Virus record (IMG/VR): IMGVR_UViG_3300049794_000017
Location: 1-61,298 of that record
Reading direction: 5' to 3' (one strand)
DNA: 61,298 nt
Source: a virus
Taxonomy: Duplodnaviria > Caudoviricetes
Shown one piece after another: positions 16,762 through 26,957 of the stretch (the first letter of the stretch is position 1; each line of letters begins with the position of its first letter). Made by a program: the position numbers and the translations under genes. A model generated the notes under the pieces. That model had not been told where the DNA came from, made no database searches, and saw nothing but the letters and a program-made list of their open reading frames with translations.

Positions 16762-19086
16762 TCACCCCACCATGTCCACACCGACAAGGCCGGTGCCGGC
16801 CACGAATCTGCTACGCGCCTGCCGCGCCGACATCTGCCCCCAGTAGCCGCCGGCCGAGTCGGCGGTCTCCGCCATGCCGGTCACCCAGTACGCGGCGTCC
16901 AATTCGGTGCCGCCCCCGTCGCGGACCCGCACCCGATCGTAGAACTGCAGCCGTGGATCCGCCGGGATGGAAAGCTTCGTCAGCACCTGCTGTGGGCTGC
17001 GCAGGCTGCACAGCACCGCCTGCGCCACACCGGCGGCGAGGGTCCATGTCTGGCGCCACGGGTTGGCCGGCAACTCCAGCGGCAGCTCGACCTGACCGGC
17101 GGGCACGCTGCTGAAGTCGGGCGGCACCGCACCGGTGCCAGACTCGATCCAGTTGCCCGTCGCCGTCACCGCGCTGTTGCCTGCGGTGTCCACCAACCAC
17201 ACGGTTCCCCCGTAGTAGTTCGTGATCGTGAAGATCGCGGAGTGGACGTCGGGGAACGTGGCCGAGCCGCTGACCTGCCCGCTGACGTCTGACCCGGTGC
17301 CGTCCGGTGCGGTGTTGGCGCGGACCGACATGGACGGTAGGTCGATGAACGCGCCGCTGAGCTGCGCGGTGAAGGTGACCGACGTACCGGCCGCCAACAC
17401 GATGGTGTGCGGGGCGGTGAACACGGTGTCAGCGATGTGCAGCAGCACCGGCGAGTAGGGGCAGCGCACCCGGTTGCGTAGGGTGTCGGCACGGTCGTCG
17501 TAGGCCAGGTCGGTGATGTCCGTCAACGATGTGACGGTGCGCTGCACCTGCTGCGCCTGCGGTTTGACGAGCCGTCCGGGCATGGCCACCTGCAACACGC
17601 CGTCCTCGTCGAGCCAGACCGCACCCAGGGCTGCCGCCTGCAGGTTGGTCAGGATCTGCCACGAGTCCTGCGGGTCCACGTTCGCGTTGCCCATCAGCGG
17701 GTACCCGCGGTCGATCACGGCGTTGGGCGTCCAGTAGCCCACGTCGTTCAGCCACAGGTCGGTGGCCGCGGTGCCGGCGGTGATTTGCAGCTCGGACAGC
17801 GCGGCGCCCTGTTCCATGGTGACCTTGACGTTGTAGAACTCGTTGGTGACGTTCAGCCAGGTGTTGGACAGAAACCACGGTTGAAAGGCGACGACGGTGG
17901 TTGTGTTGTCCACCCGGAAGGTGGCCACGCCATTGGCCGAGTCGACGTGCACACCGTAGAAGTGCCACTGCCCATCCCGGACGGGATTGGGGCCAACGGC
18001 GGTGGTGGGTGAGCCGGTCTGCGCGCTCATTTCGGCGGTGATGAACCCGGTGTTGGCGATGCGGACCGTCAGCCGCGTGTCACCGCTGGCGCCGAAGTTG
18101 TCTACCATCACCTCCAACTTCCAGCCCACGGCGGGCGCCTTGGCCCAGAACTCCACCCGCCCCAGGAACTGGCCGTGTGGAGCCTGGCTCAGACCCTGCC
18201 GGTCTTTGCCATTGCGCACCAGCTCGGCGCCTGGCTGGTTGTGTGTGGTGGCCACCCGGATGCGGCCGCTGTAGCCGGCCGGAATAGGTGTTGACCCCAG
18301 CAGGAACGGGCCTGGCTCAAATGTCCACGGCGAATGCCCGAATGAGTCGGCGTCGCCGTTGGCGGTATCGCTAATGTCCGCCTCACTGTTGATACCTGCC
18401 ACCAGGTCGGCGATGAACGGCATCGCGGAGCCGTGCATCGGCATCCACAGCCGGCAGGTGGGCCGCGGCGGAGGGCTGGCGAAGTAGCCGTTCGCGGAGG
18501 CCACGAAGTGGGCCACCCACGCGGACTCCAGACCGGGCCGCTGCTGCCGGTTGGACAGGCCGGTGCTCGTCTGGCCGGCGTCGGCCATGATGGCGGGCAG
18601 GCTCAGCGCCGCCCGCATCGCCTGCCGCCCATCCAGCGCGGCCAGCTGCGCGGTGCGCTGCCCGACGTCGACCGGCATGGCACGGGTGATGCCCTGCATG
18701 CGTGGCACCGACCGCCACCCACCGGCGGTCAGGAACTCCATCGCCAGGCGCAGCCGCCGGTTCATGCGTTCCCGGCCGTACATGGGGGACGCCGTGTTGA
18801 AGCGGGACCAGTAGCGCACCGCCTCCAGCCGCTCGTCGCTGCTGTCCCCGGCCACCAGGTCCACCGACAGGGCCGCCGCGGCGCCACCCTCGACGACACT
18901 GGTTTCGGCCGGCACATCTGATATCAACAGGCGGCTAACGCTGAGGTTGTCGATGCGGCCGGACAGGTCGTCGACGGAGCCGGCGGGGCCGTAGCCGTCG
19001 CTGTCCCAATCCACGTACAGCGCGGCGCGGGTGGTGCGTTCCGGCGCCTCGATCGCGTCCGCCAGGTCTCTGCCGACGTTGCGCAT
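16762..19086 (-). CDS. Minor tail/hub protein with LamG/ConA-like domain
   Basis: VEFWAK...VRDGQWHFYGV; GAVWLDEDGVL; ADPRLQFYDRV. Confidence 0.75.
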   Translation of the reverse strand: MRNVGRDLADAIEAPERTTRAALYVDWDSDGYGPAGSVDDLSGRIDNLSVSRLLISDVPAETSVVEGGAAAALSVDLVAGDSSDERLEAVRYWSRFNTASPMYGRERMNRRLRLAMEFLTAGGWRSVPRMQGITRAMPVDVGQRTAQLAALDGRQAMRAALSLPAIMADAGQTSTGLSNRQQRPGLESAWVAHFVASANGYFASPPPRPTCRLWMPMHGSAMPFIADLVAGINSEADISDTANGDADSFGHSPWTFEPGPFLLGSTPIPAGYSGRIRVATTHNQPGAELVRNGKDRQGLSQAPHGQFLGRVEFWAKAPAVGWKLEVMVDNFGASGDTRLTVRIANTGFITAEMSAQTGSPTTAVGPNPVRDGQWHFYGVHVDSANGVATFRVDNTTTVVAFQPWFLSNTWLNVTNEFYNVKVTMEQGAALSELQITAGTAATDLWLNDVGYWTPNAVIDRGYPLMGNANVDPQDSWQILTNLQAAALGAVWLDEDGVLQVAMPGRLVKPQAQQVQRTVTSLTDITDLAYDDRADTLRNRVRCPYSPVLLHIADTVFTAPHTIVLAAGTSVTFTAQLSGAFIDLPSMSVRANTAPDGTGSDVSGQVSGSATFPDVHSAIFTITNYYGGTVWLVDTAGNSAVTATGNWIESGTGAVPPDFSSVPAGQVELPLELPANPWRQTWTLAAGVAQAVLCSLRSPQQVLTKLSIPADPRLQFYDRVRVRDGGGTELDAAYWVTGMAETADSAGGYWGQMSARQARSRFVAGTGLVGVDMVG

Positions 19087-19538
19087 TAGCAGCGGCCGAA
19101 CCACATTGTGGCGTTGACGTTCACGGCACTGGTGGGTGCCGTACAGCGCAGCCCAAACAGCGTCGACACGCCGGTGTCGGGTCCCCGGTCGCCCCAGTCC
19201 CGGAACAGGGTGCCCCCGATCGGCGTCAGGGTCCAGCGGTCGTACACCGCTGGGCCGGTGGGCTCGACGGAGTAGTTGTACTTACTGGTGAAGCCCGTCA
19301 CGATGGCCCGGCCGGCGGACTGCACGATCGTGCCGGCGGTGCCCGTGCCGTCTGCGGTGTAGGACACCAGCTCGACCCGGACCGCCTTGTCGGTTGCGGT
19401 GACGCCATCCATCGTCACCTCGAAACCCACCATGTCGATTCCGAACGTTGCCGGTGCGATGACCGCCAGCACTGTCTTCGGTGTGGTAGCGACCAGTGCG
19501 ACGTCCGCACCGACCGGGGCGGTGTAGATGGCCCTCAT
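19086..19538 (-). CDS. Virion structural protein
   Basis: Tail module; GAAGGAG RBS; paralogue at 40922-41382. Confidence 0.7.
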   Translation of the reverse strand: MRAIYTAPVGADVALVATTPKTVLAVIAPATFGIDMVGFEVTMDGVTATDKAVRVELVSYTADGTGTAGTIVQSAGRAIVTGFTSKYNYSVEPTGPAVYDRWTLTPIGGTLFRDWGDRGPDTGVSTLFGLRCTAPTSAVNVNATMWFGRC

Positions 19539-19557
19539 GGTTGTGTCTCCTTCACCC

Positions 19558-20595
19558 TCAACCCGCCTCCACCAGCGTGGCGGTGACGTCTCGGAATGGC
19601 AGCAGCCGGTTGGTTTCCGGCAGCGCGACGAAACTGACCCGCGGCACACCGGTGCCCAGCACCCAAGCGCGCACGCCCAGGAACATGTCGAGCATCGGCT
19701 GATCCAGCAGCACGTCGGCGGTGCTGATCGAACCCCGCTCGATCAGGGCGAAACCCAACCGCGGCAGGTAGCGCGGCGCGCTGACCAGCACACGCCCGCC
19801 GGGGAACGCCGTGGTGGCGGTGCTTGACGGCTGGGCGGCAGGCATGACCGGCTGCACCTCCGTCACGTCGACGGGTACGCCAAGCGTGGTCAACGCCCCA
19901 GGTGCGACCCGCAGCTGCGCCCGTAGCGACACCGTGCCGGCCGGAGGGGCGGCCAGCTGCACGCTGTACGAGGTCCACGCGCCCGGCACCGCATTGACCG
20001 GCGTCCCGGACGTGACCACCGCCTCCGACCCGTCGACACGCCGCCACGACAACACCGGCGTCACGCTGACCGACGCGACCAGGCCGGCCAGGCTGACCGC
20101 GCCGCTGAACGTCCACGGCTGCCCGGCCGGCGCCGGCACCCCGAAAAGGCCCCGCGGTGCGTCGAAGTCCAGCACTCCGGACGTCACCGTCGCAGGCAGC
20201 GTCCACCGCAGCGACTGCGGGCCCCGCAGGTACCCGTCTGGGTTGGGCGTGACCGCCTCACTCGGGTCCACCGTGAACCCGGTGGCGTTGCCCTCCGTCG
20301 ACGTCGCCGAGGACTGGTTGAGGCTCAACCTGTTCCGGCGCCCCGGATCCAGCAACGCGAACGGGCCGGGCCCCCGGGCGCGGGTGTAGAACTCCTCCAG
20401 GACGCTGAACTGTTCCGGGGTCAGGAACTCCCACGCCAGGTTGTAGGTGCGTCGGGCACCAGCCGCCCGGGCCACCACCTGCCCGCCGCCCAGGGTGCGG
20501 CGCACCGTCGCCGGAATCGACAGGGTGGGGGTCAACCCGCGCGCCGGGTAGGGCAGCTGAACCACCCCACCCGGGTTACCCAACCACATCGGCAT
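19558..20595 (-). CDS. Distal tail-like protein with CBM-like insert
   Basis: Follows the tape measure; RRTYNLAWEFLT...GPFALLDP. Confidence 0.7.
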   Translation of the reverse strand: MPMWLGNPGGVVQLPYPARGLTPTLSIPATVRRTLGGGQVVARAAGARRTYNLAWEFLTPEQFSVLEEFYTRARGPGPFALLDPGRRNRLSLNQSSATSTEGNATGFTVDPSEAVTPNPDGYLRGPQSLRWTLPATVTSGVLDFDAPRGLFGVPAPAGQPWTFSGAVSLAGLVASVSVTPVLSWRRVDGSEAVVTSGTPVNAVPGAWTSYSVQLAAPPAGTVSLRAQLRVAPGALTTLGVPVDVTEVQPVMPAAQPSSTATTAFPGGRVLVSAPRYLPRLGFALIERGSISTADVLLDQPMLDMFLGVRAWVLGTGVPRVSFVALPETNRLLPFRDVTATLVEAG

Positions 20596-20601
20596 CGGCC
20601 A

Positions 20602-22842
20602 TCACCCCTGGTACGCCAGGCGCTTCTCGCCGGTCCGCACCGTCAGGGCCAGACCCTCCGGGCCAACCGTCAGCCGCAGCGCCGCGAGCAGGTCCCGGAT
20701 CTGCGTCAGCAGCTCGGTGCCGGCGTCACCGCCGCCCGCGCCACTGCCGCCGGCCGGTGAGATACCGGCTGTGATAGCAGCACCGGCCAGGCTCGGCATT
20801 GGGATGGAGATGTCGCCGTAACCGGCGATGCCCTGGGCCACCCCGGCTGGGATCCACTGCCCCACCTGGTCGGCGAACACCTTGCTGGGGCTGCTGATGC
20901 CCAGGAAGCTCTTGGCGCCGTCCAGCGCGCTGGAAAGGGCGTGCTTGACGGCGTCCGCCAGCCACCCAGCGGCGTGCTCGATGCCGTGGATGATGCCCAT
21001 CACGATGCCGTGGCCGACGTCCTGAAACTGATCCCCGATGCTCAGCACGGCGTGCAGGGCCGAGTCGAAGGCGCCGACGATGGCGCCACGGATGCTGGCG
21101 GCGATGCCGGAAAGGAAGTTCCACACCGCCAGGATCGGGTTGATGATGGCCACCCGGATGGCTTCCCAAATCACCCGGGCGGTCGACATGATGATCTGCC
21201 ATTCGGCTACCACCCCGACCCGGATGAAGTTGAACACCGTGACCAGCCGGGCCCACAGCCACTCGATGGGGTTGATGATGGTGACGCGGATCGCCTCCCA
21301 TACGGCGCGGGCGGTATCCAGTAGCGCATTCCAAATGGTTTTGATCGAAACGAGGATGGTGTTCCACACGCCTTCGGCGACGCCGATGATCTGTTCGTGG
21401 AAGTGGTTCCAGATGGCAAGCAGCAACGCCAGGTAGGGGAAGAAAATCACGAACAGCAGGGGCCACCATTTCGCGAAGAAGTCCCGGATCCGGTCCCACA
21501 CGAGCAGGGTGACGTGTTCCACCGCATTCCATGCGGCGATCAGCGGGTCGACGACGGCGTGGTATCCGATGGTCACCGCCGACACGACCGCCTGAAAGGC
21601 CTCGACGATCGCGTTACGCACACCCTGGAAGATCTTGACGGTGTGTTCGTACAGGAATGACCACGCCTCGGGGATCTGCTTGGTGAAGAAGTTGGCAACC
21701 GACTCGGCGGCTACCTTCACCGCGTTGAACGCGCCCTGCACGATCTCCCGGAACAGGGCGCTGTGCTTGTAGGCGTAGATGATGCCGGCGACCAGCGCGG
21801 CGATCGCGAGGATGATGATGCCGACTATGTTGGCGTCCAGCGCCGCGTCTTCGGCGAGGGTGATAACCAGCCACGCCTCGTGGATCGCCTTGACGGCGCT
21901 GATGACGTTGCCCAATGTGCCGATGATCAGGACGGCGGCACCCAATACCTCGACCATCGCCTTGTTCGCCTCGACGAATTTGATCGTGTCGCCGACCAGA
22001 TCAGTCAGCCGGCCGGCGATCGCGGCCAGGGTGGGCAGAAAGGCGGTGAACTGGACCGCCAGGTTCTGCACCACCGGCAGCAACTTGGTACCCAACTCCT
22101 CCTTGAAGTTGTGCCACGCGTTCTGCGCCTTCTTCGCCGGGTCACTGGCGGCGGCGGCCGCCCCACCAAACTCCTTATTCAGTTCGGCCAGGATCAGCTT
22201 CTGCGCACCCATCAGGTCGCCGGACTTCTGCAGCGCCTTCGCCTGGTCGATCTGCTCCTGGGTGAACGAGATACCGATACGCCGCAGCGTCGTCATGCCG
22301 GTGATCGGGTCGTTCAACGCCTTACCGATCTGGATGATCGAGGGCTGCAGGTTCTGGTGCAGCCCCGCCGACACATCCAACGCCGACGCCAGGAACTGGT
22401 TGAAGATGTCGTTCCCGGCGCCGGCCTTGTTGCGGATCTCGACGAACGTCAACGCCACATTGGCGCCGGACTGGATGATGTCGTTCTGCACACCGGTGGC
22501 GTTGGACAACTCCTCCGAATACCGGTGCACCTGCTCGGCGGTGACCCCCGCCGCGCCACCGGTCGACTTGATGACAGCGTCGGTCAGCCGCAACGCCTGC
22601 GCCGCTTCCCGGCCCGCGGCGATGGACTCCTTGACCAGACCGACCAATTCGAACCCGGCGAACGTGGCGCCCAGTGTCGTCACCAGCCGCTTGAGGCCGG
22701 TGCCGAAACTGTCGGAGAACTTCTTCCCCGACTCCTCCCCCGCCTTGCCGGACGCCGCCGGCAGGTCACGTTGGATGTCCTTACCGACCTGGTCGGTGCG
22801 GCCGCGTACCGCAACCCACACATCAGCGAGGGTCCCGGCCAC
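20602..22842 (-). CDS. Tape measure protein
   Basis: IGKALNDPITG, ILAELNKEFGG, Trp-spaced amphipathic repeats, LGISSPSKVF. Confidence 0.92.
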   Translation of the reverse strand: MAGTLADVWVAVRGRTDQVGKDIQRDLPAASGKAGEESGKKFSDSFGTGLKRLVTTLGATFAGFELVGLVKESIAAGREAAQALRLTDAVIKSTGGAAGVTAEQVHRYSEELSNATGVQNDIIQSGANVALTFVEIRNKAGAGNDIFNQFLASALDVSAGLHQNLQPSIIQIGKALNDPITGMTTLRRIGISFTQEQIDQAKALQKSGDLMGAQKLILAELNKEFGGAAAAASDPAKKAQNAWHNFKEELGTKLLPVVQNLAVQFTAFLPTLAAIAGRLTDLVGDTIKFVEANKAMVEVLGAAVLIIGTLGNVISAVKAIHEAWLVITLAEDAALDANIVGIIILAIAALVAGIIYAYKHSALFREIVQGAFNAVKVAAESVANFFTKQIPEAWSFLYEHTVKIFQGVRNAIVEAFQAVVSAVTIGYHAVVDPLIAAWNAVEHVTLLVWDRIRDFFAKWWPLLFVIFFPYLALLLAIWNHFHEQIIGVAEGVWNTILVSIKTIWNALLDTARAVWEAIRVTIINPIEWLWARLVTVFNFIRVGVVAEWQIIMSTARVIWEAIRVAIINPILAVWNFLSGIAASIRGAIVGAFDSALHAVLSIGDQFQDVGHGIVMGIIHGIEHAAGWLADAVKHALSSALDGAKSFLGISSPSKVFADQVGQWIPAGVAQGIAGYGDISIPMPSLAGAAITAGISPAGGSGAGGGDAGTELLTQIRDLLAALRLTVGPEGLALTVRTGEKRLAYQG

Positions 22843-22848
22843 CGCGGC

Positions 22849-23260
22849 TCACCTCCTCTCCAACCCCAACGCGTCCATCAGCTCCAGCTGCTTGCGGTCG
22901 GCCGGCGTCGGCGCCTTCGGCAGCGGCGCCGCCAACATCTCGTCGAGCAGGTCCCGCGCCGCCGCCGGATCCGGGATGTCGCCGACCTGCCCGCCCATCG
23001 CGGAGACGAGCACCGCCGCGAGATGCTGACGCGCCAGCGCCTCCTGCAGCTCCTGCAGGCACAGCACGTACGCCACGTCGCAGCACTGCGCGAGGCTCAG
23101 CCGGCCCGTCGCGCCTCTTGCGCCCGCAGCACGGCCAGCGCCTTGTCGGGTCGCCCTTCGGCTTCCAGGTCCCGGATGACCCGCAAGGATGAGTCGCCCT
23201 TCGACCTCGCCCCGGTGCTGCGACGCCCAGTTGAGGAGACGGAGCGCCGCCGGGTAGGGC
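22849..23260 (-). CDS. Tail assembly chaperone C-terminal extension (gpGT-like, -1 frame)
   Basis: The -1 frame reads PYPAALRLLNWASQHRGEVEGRLILAG...DVAY; lies just before the tape measure. Confidence 0.65.
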
Positions 23261-23582
23261 GGTCGGCGGCCTTTTCGGTGATGGCCACGACCACCCCCAT
23301 GAGGTCTTGCATGGTCTGGCCGTTGTCCAGCGCCGCGGCCCAGAACGTGGACCAGTCCTCGGGGTGCACCAGGCCGCGCAGGAAGTCCTGCACCAACGCC
23401 ATGCCCTGGCGCTTGGCCTCCGGGCTGTCGTCGCCCACCTCGACCTTGTCGGCGCGATCGAGGAAGTCCAGCAGCCCCAGGTCGCTGACCCGGGAACCGA
23501 CGCGGATGGTGTTGCCGAACCAGCCGAAGGTGTCGTCGCGGGTCCGGGCCTTGCCGAGTTCCCCATAGTGGCGGCCCATCAC
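23097..23582 (-). CDS. Tail assembly chaperone (gpG-like)
   Basis: Position between major tail and tape measure; ...AADRPT followed by a low-complexity tail. Confidence 0.75.
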   Translation of the reverse strand: MMGRHYGELGKARTRDDTFGWFGNTIRVGSRVSDLGLLDFLDRADKVEVGDDSPEAKRQGMALVQDFLRGLVHPEDWSTFWAAALDNGQTMQDLMGVVVAITEKAADRPTRRRSVSSTGRRSTGARSKGDSSLRVIRDLEAEGRPDKALAVLRAQEARRAG

Positions 23583-24007
23583 GCGCCACCCTTACTGGCC
23601 CGGGCCGGCTTCTCCACCGGCGCCTCAGCCACGGTGTCGACCGGCTCGTCGGGCTTCACCCGGCGCACCTGCGGCGGCACCATCTGGTCGTAGCCGTACC
23701 GCTCGACCGCGGACACCGGCACCGGGTGACCCGTGGCGTACGCCACGGCGGTGCCGTGCCAGATCTCCTGCGTGGCCACCCACGTGCCGTACTCCACTGT
23801 CTGCGCCGCCTGCAGCTCCTCCGCCGTCATGGCGTGCTTGAGCTGGTGACGCTGCTCCTGCTCGGTCAGCGGCCGGTGGCCGCCGGCGTCCGGGTGCAGC
23901 CGGTCGTACAGGGCGTCGGTGGCCTCCAACTTGTCGGCCACCTTCGGGTGCACCTTGCGCAGCTCCCTGCTCAGCGCCGAAACGCGCCCCTTGATCTCTG
24001 TGGACAT
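23579..24007 (-). CDS. Hypothetical tail-region protein
   Basis: YGTWVATQEI...AYATGHPVPVSAVERYG motif. Confidence 0.7.
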   Translation of the reverse strand: MSTEIKGRVSALSRELRKVHPKVADKLEATDALYDRLHPDAGGHRPLTEQEQRHQLKHAMTAEELQAAQTVEYGTWVATQEIWHGTAVAYATGHPVPVSAVERYGYDQMVPPQVRRVKPDEPVDTVAEAPVEKPARASKGGA

Positions 24008-24026
24008 CGCGTCGCCTTCCTGGTGC

Positions 24027-24605
24027 TCAGGCACGACCGGTACCGGCCGACCACATGTCGAACGGGGCCCCGGCGGCCGGGATCTCGAAGTTGAAAACGC
24101 ACGGGATGGTGGCCTTGCTGGGCACCTTCTTGTAGGCCGACTTGATGTCCGTGCCGTTGATCGTCTGGTAGCAGACGGTGCGTAGGGTGCCGTCCAGCGA
24201 CTCCCAACCCAACATCGCGCGGATCTCCGTGCCGGGCGTGGGTGGTGTGAGCCGGTTCAGCTGGGTGGTGCCCGAACCCGACACCACGGTCAGGGTGCCG
24301 CCGTTGTAGGCCCGGGACAGGTTCGTCAGGGTGTAGTTCGCCAGGGCGAACGTGAACGACCCGGTGCGGTCGGTGGTGGCCCACTGGATCGGGTCGAAGA
24401 ACTCGGCGACCAGCAGCGGCGACAGCTTCGTGGCGTAGGAGAACTCGGACCCGTCCTCGGTGGCGCCCAGGCTGAGCCAGGCAACCGGCCACGCGTCGGT
24501 GAACTTCGAACCCACCACCGTGAACGTGGGCAGGGTCGACCCGATCGGGGCCCAGAGGAGATAACCCGGATCTCTCAAAAGGTTCGGGAGTGCAGTGGTG
24601 GGCAT
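24027..24605 (-). CDS. Major tail protein
   Basis: DPGYLLWAPIGSTLP...WLSLGATEDGSEF. Confidence 0.85.
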   Translation of the reverse strand: MPTTALPNLLRDPGYLLWAPIGSTLPTFTVVGSKFTDAWPVAWLSLGATEDGSEFSYATKLSPLLVAEFFDPIQWATTDRTGSFTFALANYTLTNLSRAYNGGTLTVVSGSGTTQLNRLTPPTPGTEIRAMLGWESLDGTLRTVCYQTINGTDIKSAYKKVPSKATIPCVFNFEIPAAGAPFDMWSAGTGRA

Positions 24606-24611
24606 TGCCGC

Positions 24612-24893
24612 CTACCTTCCTATGCGTTGCGCGGCGTCCTGGATTGCGTGGCTGCGCAGGTAGCGCATGTATCGGTGCGCCACGTCCCAGGAGACGCGCG
24701 CCTCCCAGCCGAGCGGACCCAACACCATCTCGACGTGGATGCTGTCCGCGCCGACCCCGGTGTGGCGCGGCGCGGTCTGCCGGGCGCGGGCGACGACCTG
24801 CGTGCCGTAGCCCTGCAGGGAACGGCGGAACCATTCCTCCCGGCCCAGCGCCAGGATTTCCTCCTGGTGCAGCACGATGTCCTCGACGCTCAT
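24612..24893 (-). CDS. HK97 gp10-like tail completion protein
   Basis: ARARQTAPRHTG...SIH motif; synteny. Confidence 0.7.
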   Translation of the reverse strand: MSVEDIVLHQEEILALGREEWFRRSLQGYGTQVVARARQTAPRHTGVGADSIHVEMVLGPLGWEARVSWDVAHRYMRYLRSHAIQDAAQRIGR

Positions 24894-25318
24894 GCATCCC
24901 CCATCACGGTGATCTGCAGCAGCAGTCGCGACACCACCGCCGGCTCCGGGGCGGCGAACATGGTCGGCTCCCCACCGTCGCCGGTGCTCACACCCGACAC
25001 GGTGCCGACGCCCACCAGGTACGGGTTGGCTTGGAACAGGTCGATGATGGTGTTCGCGATCGGCTCCACCTGCATGTCAGCGGCCCGCAGGTCGTCGCCC
25101 GGCGCGTACACCCGGATCCACACGTCGATCAGGTCGGTTTCCACCGTCGACAGGCCCGGCTCGGCCACCCCGTCGTCCTGCCTCATCCGGGGCAGGCCGC
25201 CGTAGACGCACACGTACTCCGGGTCCGGCGGCAGCACATACACCACCTGAACCGTGGGCATCGCCGCGGTGATCGCGTCGATGACGGCCCGCTTCGCCGC
25301 GTACATCAGGAACGCCAC
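24890..25318 (-). CDS. Tail terminator-like protein
   Basis: Synteny and size. Confidence 0.6.
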   Translation of the reverse strand: MAFLMYAAKRAVIDAITAAMPTVQVVYVLPPDPEYVCVYGGLPRMRQDDGVAEPGLSTVETDLIDVWIRVYAPGDDLRAADMQVEPIANTIIDLFQANPYLVGVGTVSGVSTGDGGEPTMFAAPEPAVVSRLLLQITVMGDA

Positions 25319-25328
25319 GGCCCGCCCC

Positions 25329-26255
25329 CTACCCGAAGCTCGGTCGGGGACTGGGCGCACGGGCGTACGCCGCGTCGACCTCGTCGATGCCGGTGGAGTT
25401 CTCCGACGGGCTGGCCAGGTGCACGATGCCGGCTTCGCTGACCGCGACCCGTTCGCCGCGGTCGGTCAGCGCCGACCGGCTCTGCAGCAGCATCGACTTG
25501 AACCGGATTTTGGAGCCGCGCACGATGTCCGGCGGCGGACAGTCCTGACCGTGCTCGTACTCGACGATGATGTTGCGTCGCCCGTACGGCCAGATCGCGC
25601 CCCAATAAAACCCGGTGGTGGGCCAGAACAGCCCCTGGTCCAGCCGCAGCACCCCATCGTCGCCGGGCGCCACCCGGGCCAGCTGGTCACTGGTCATCGG
25701 GATGTACGCCGAGGATGTGGAGACCCGCACCTGCACCGACCGCACGACCCGGGTCCAGGGCCACAGCAGCTGCAGCCCCGACTGGCCGTGTCCGTCCAGG
25801 ATCTCCCGGCAGAACCGTGGCACGAACGCCTGCTCGGTGATGCGTTCGCACTCGTCCTCGACCGCGATCCGCTTGTCGATCAGGTCCGCGACAGTGAACT
25901 TCGTGGTGTTCCCGATCGCCACCGGGTCGACATTGCGGCCCTCCGCCAGGCCGAAGTAGAACCCGCCCACGATCTCCAACCGGTCCTGATCCAGGGTGAT
26001 CAGGTCCCCGGCCACGGTGGCCGCCCAGCTCACGATCAGCTCGTCGAGCACGTCACGGCCGCCGAACGCGTAGGCATAGAGCTGGTTCGCGTCCGGGCCG
26101 GTCGCGTTACCCGACTCGACCGCCGTACCGTCCAGCCGGGTGATGGTCACCACCACGTTGCCGGTGGCGGCAGTCGGCAGCTCGTCGATGTAGAAGGTGC
26201 GCGTCAGCGAGGCCTTGGCGGTACGCAACACCCGAAGCCTGGCCAACGCGATCAC
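25329..26255 (-). CDS. Head-tail adaptor with N-terminal Ig-like domain
   Basis: EDECERITEQAFVPR...NIIVEYEHGQDCPPPDI...TGIDEVDA. Confidence 0.75.
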   Translation of the reverse strand: MIALARLRVLRTAKASLTRTFYIDELPTAATGNVVVTITRLDGTAVESGNATGPDANQLYAYAFGGRDVLDELIVSWAATVAGDLITLDQDRLEIVGGFYFGLAEGRNVDPVAIGNTTKFTVADLIDKRIAVEDECERITEQAFVPRFCREILDGHGQSGLQLLWPWTRVVRSVQVRVSTSSAYIPMTSDQLARVAPGDDGVLRLDQGLFWPTTGFYWGAIWPYGRRNIIVEYEHGQDCPPPDIVRGSKIRFKSMLLQSRSALTDRGERVAVSEAGIVHLASPSENSTGIDEVDAAYARAPSPRPSFG

Positions 26256-26263
26256 CCCCTCGC

Positions 26264-26350
26264 TCAGCGACCGCGGAACAGGCCTACGAGGTAGGCCAGC
26301 GCGATCACGCCGACCTCGATCACGAGGACCCAACCCTGAATAGCCGTCAT
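26264..26350 (-). CDS. 28-aa membrane peptide
   Basis: MTAIQGWVLVIEVGVIALAYLVGLFRGR; ATGA-coupled. Confidence 0.55.
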   Translation of the reverse strand: MTAIQGWVLVIEVGVIALAYLVGLFRGR

Positions 26351-26949
26351 GACCCCACCTGCACGTTGATCGTGTTCGTGACATTCGTGTTCGCGGACAG
26401 GGTCAGCCGGATGTACCGGGCCGCGCTGGCCGGGTTGACGATCCGCGTCGTGGTCGTCGCCGTGGTGATCACGAACGTGGCCGTGGTGAACGTCGTGGGC
26501 GTGCCCGAGTCAGCCGACGACAACGGGTTCCACGCGCTGTTGTCCAGCGACCCCTCCAGCTGGTAGGTGCACGTCGGCGTCGAACCCACGGCGGTGACAA
26601 TCACGACCGACGCGGGACCCAACGTGGTGCCGCGGTCCACAACGTTGGTGGTCACCCCGTTGCCGGCCTGCGCGTTGGACAGCCCGCCCTGCTCCGAGAT
26701 CTCCAGACCCAGGGCGTGCGCCCGTTCCTGCGCCATCGCCGTGGCGCTGCCGCCACCGACCTCACACGCACCGTTCATCCACTGGTTCAGCGCGGGTAGC
26801 GCGCTGATGGCGTACCCGACCGACAGGGTGACGCCGTAGGTGGTGGACTTCAGTGCCACCTTGCCGGCGACGGCGACGTTGTTCCACGCGCCGCCGGCCG
26901 GCCACGGCCGGACCTGCGTGACGGTCTGCGCCAGCGTCAGGGTGGGCAT
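26347..26949 (-). CDS. Virion structural protein (possible decoration)
   Basis: YQLEGSLDNSAW...ARYIRL beta-sandwich, downstream of the capsid gene. Confidence 0.65.
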   Translation of the reverse strand: MPTLTLAQTVTQVRPWPAGGAWNNVAVAGKVALKSTTYGVTLSVGYAISALPALNQWMNGACEVGGGSATAMAQERAHALGLEISEQGGLSNAQAGNGVTTNVVDRGTTLGPASVVIVTAVGSTPTCTYQLEGSLDNSAWNPLSSADSGTPTTFTTATFVITTATTTTRIVNPASAARYIRLTLSANTNVTNTINVQVGS

Positions 26950-26957
26950 CGCTTATC

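Noticed and set aside
16140-19538. Diversity-generating retroelement acting on tail genes
   Set aside because: No reverse transcriptase or TR/VR pair was seen.
21763-23568. Long + strand ORFs opposite structural genes (also 33485-34888, 39660-41063 and others)
   Set aside because: These are antisense shadows typical of high-GC coding DNA; the - strand genes carry the recognisable motifs.
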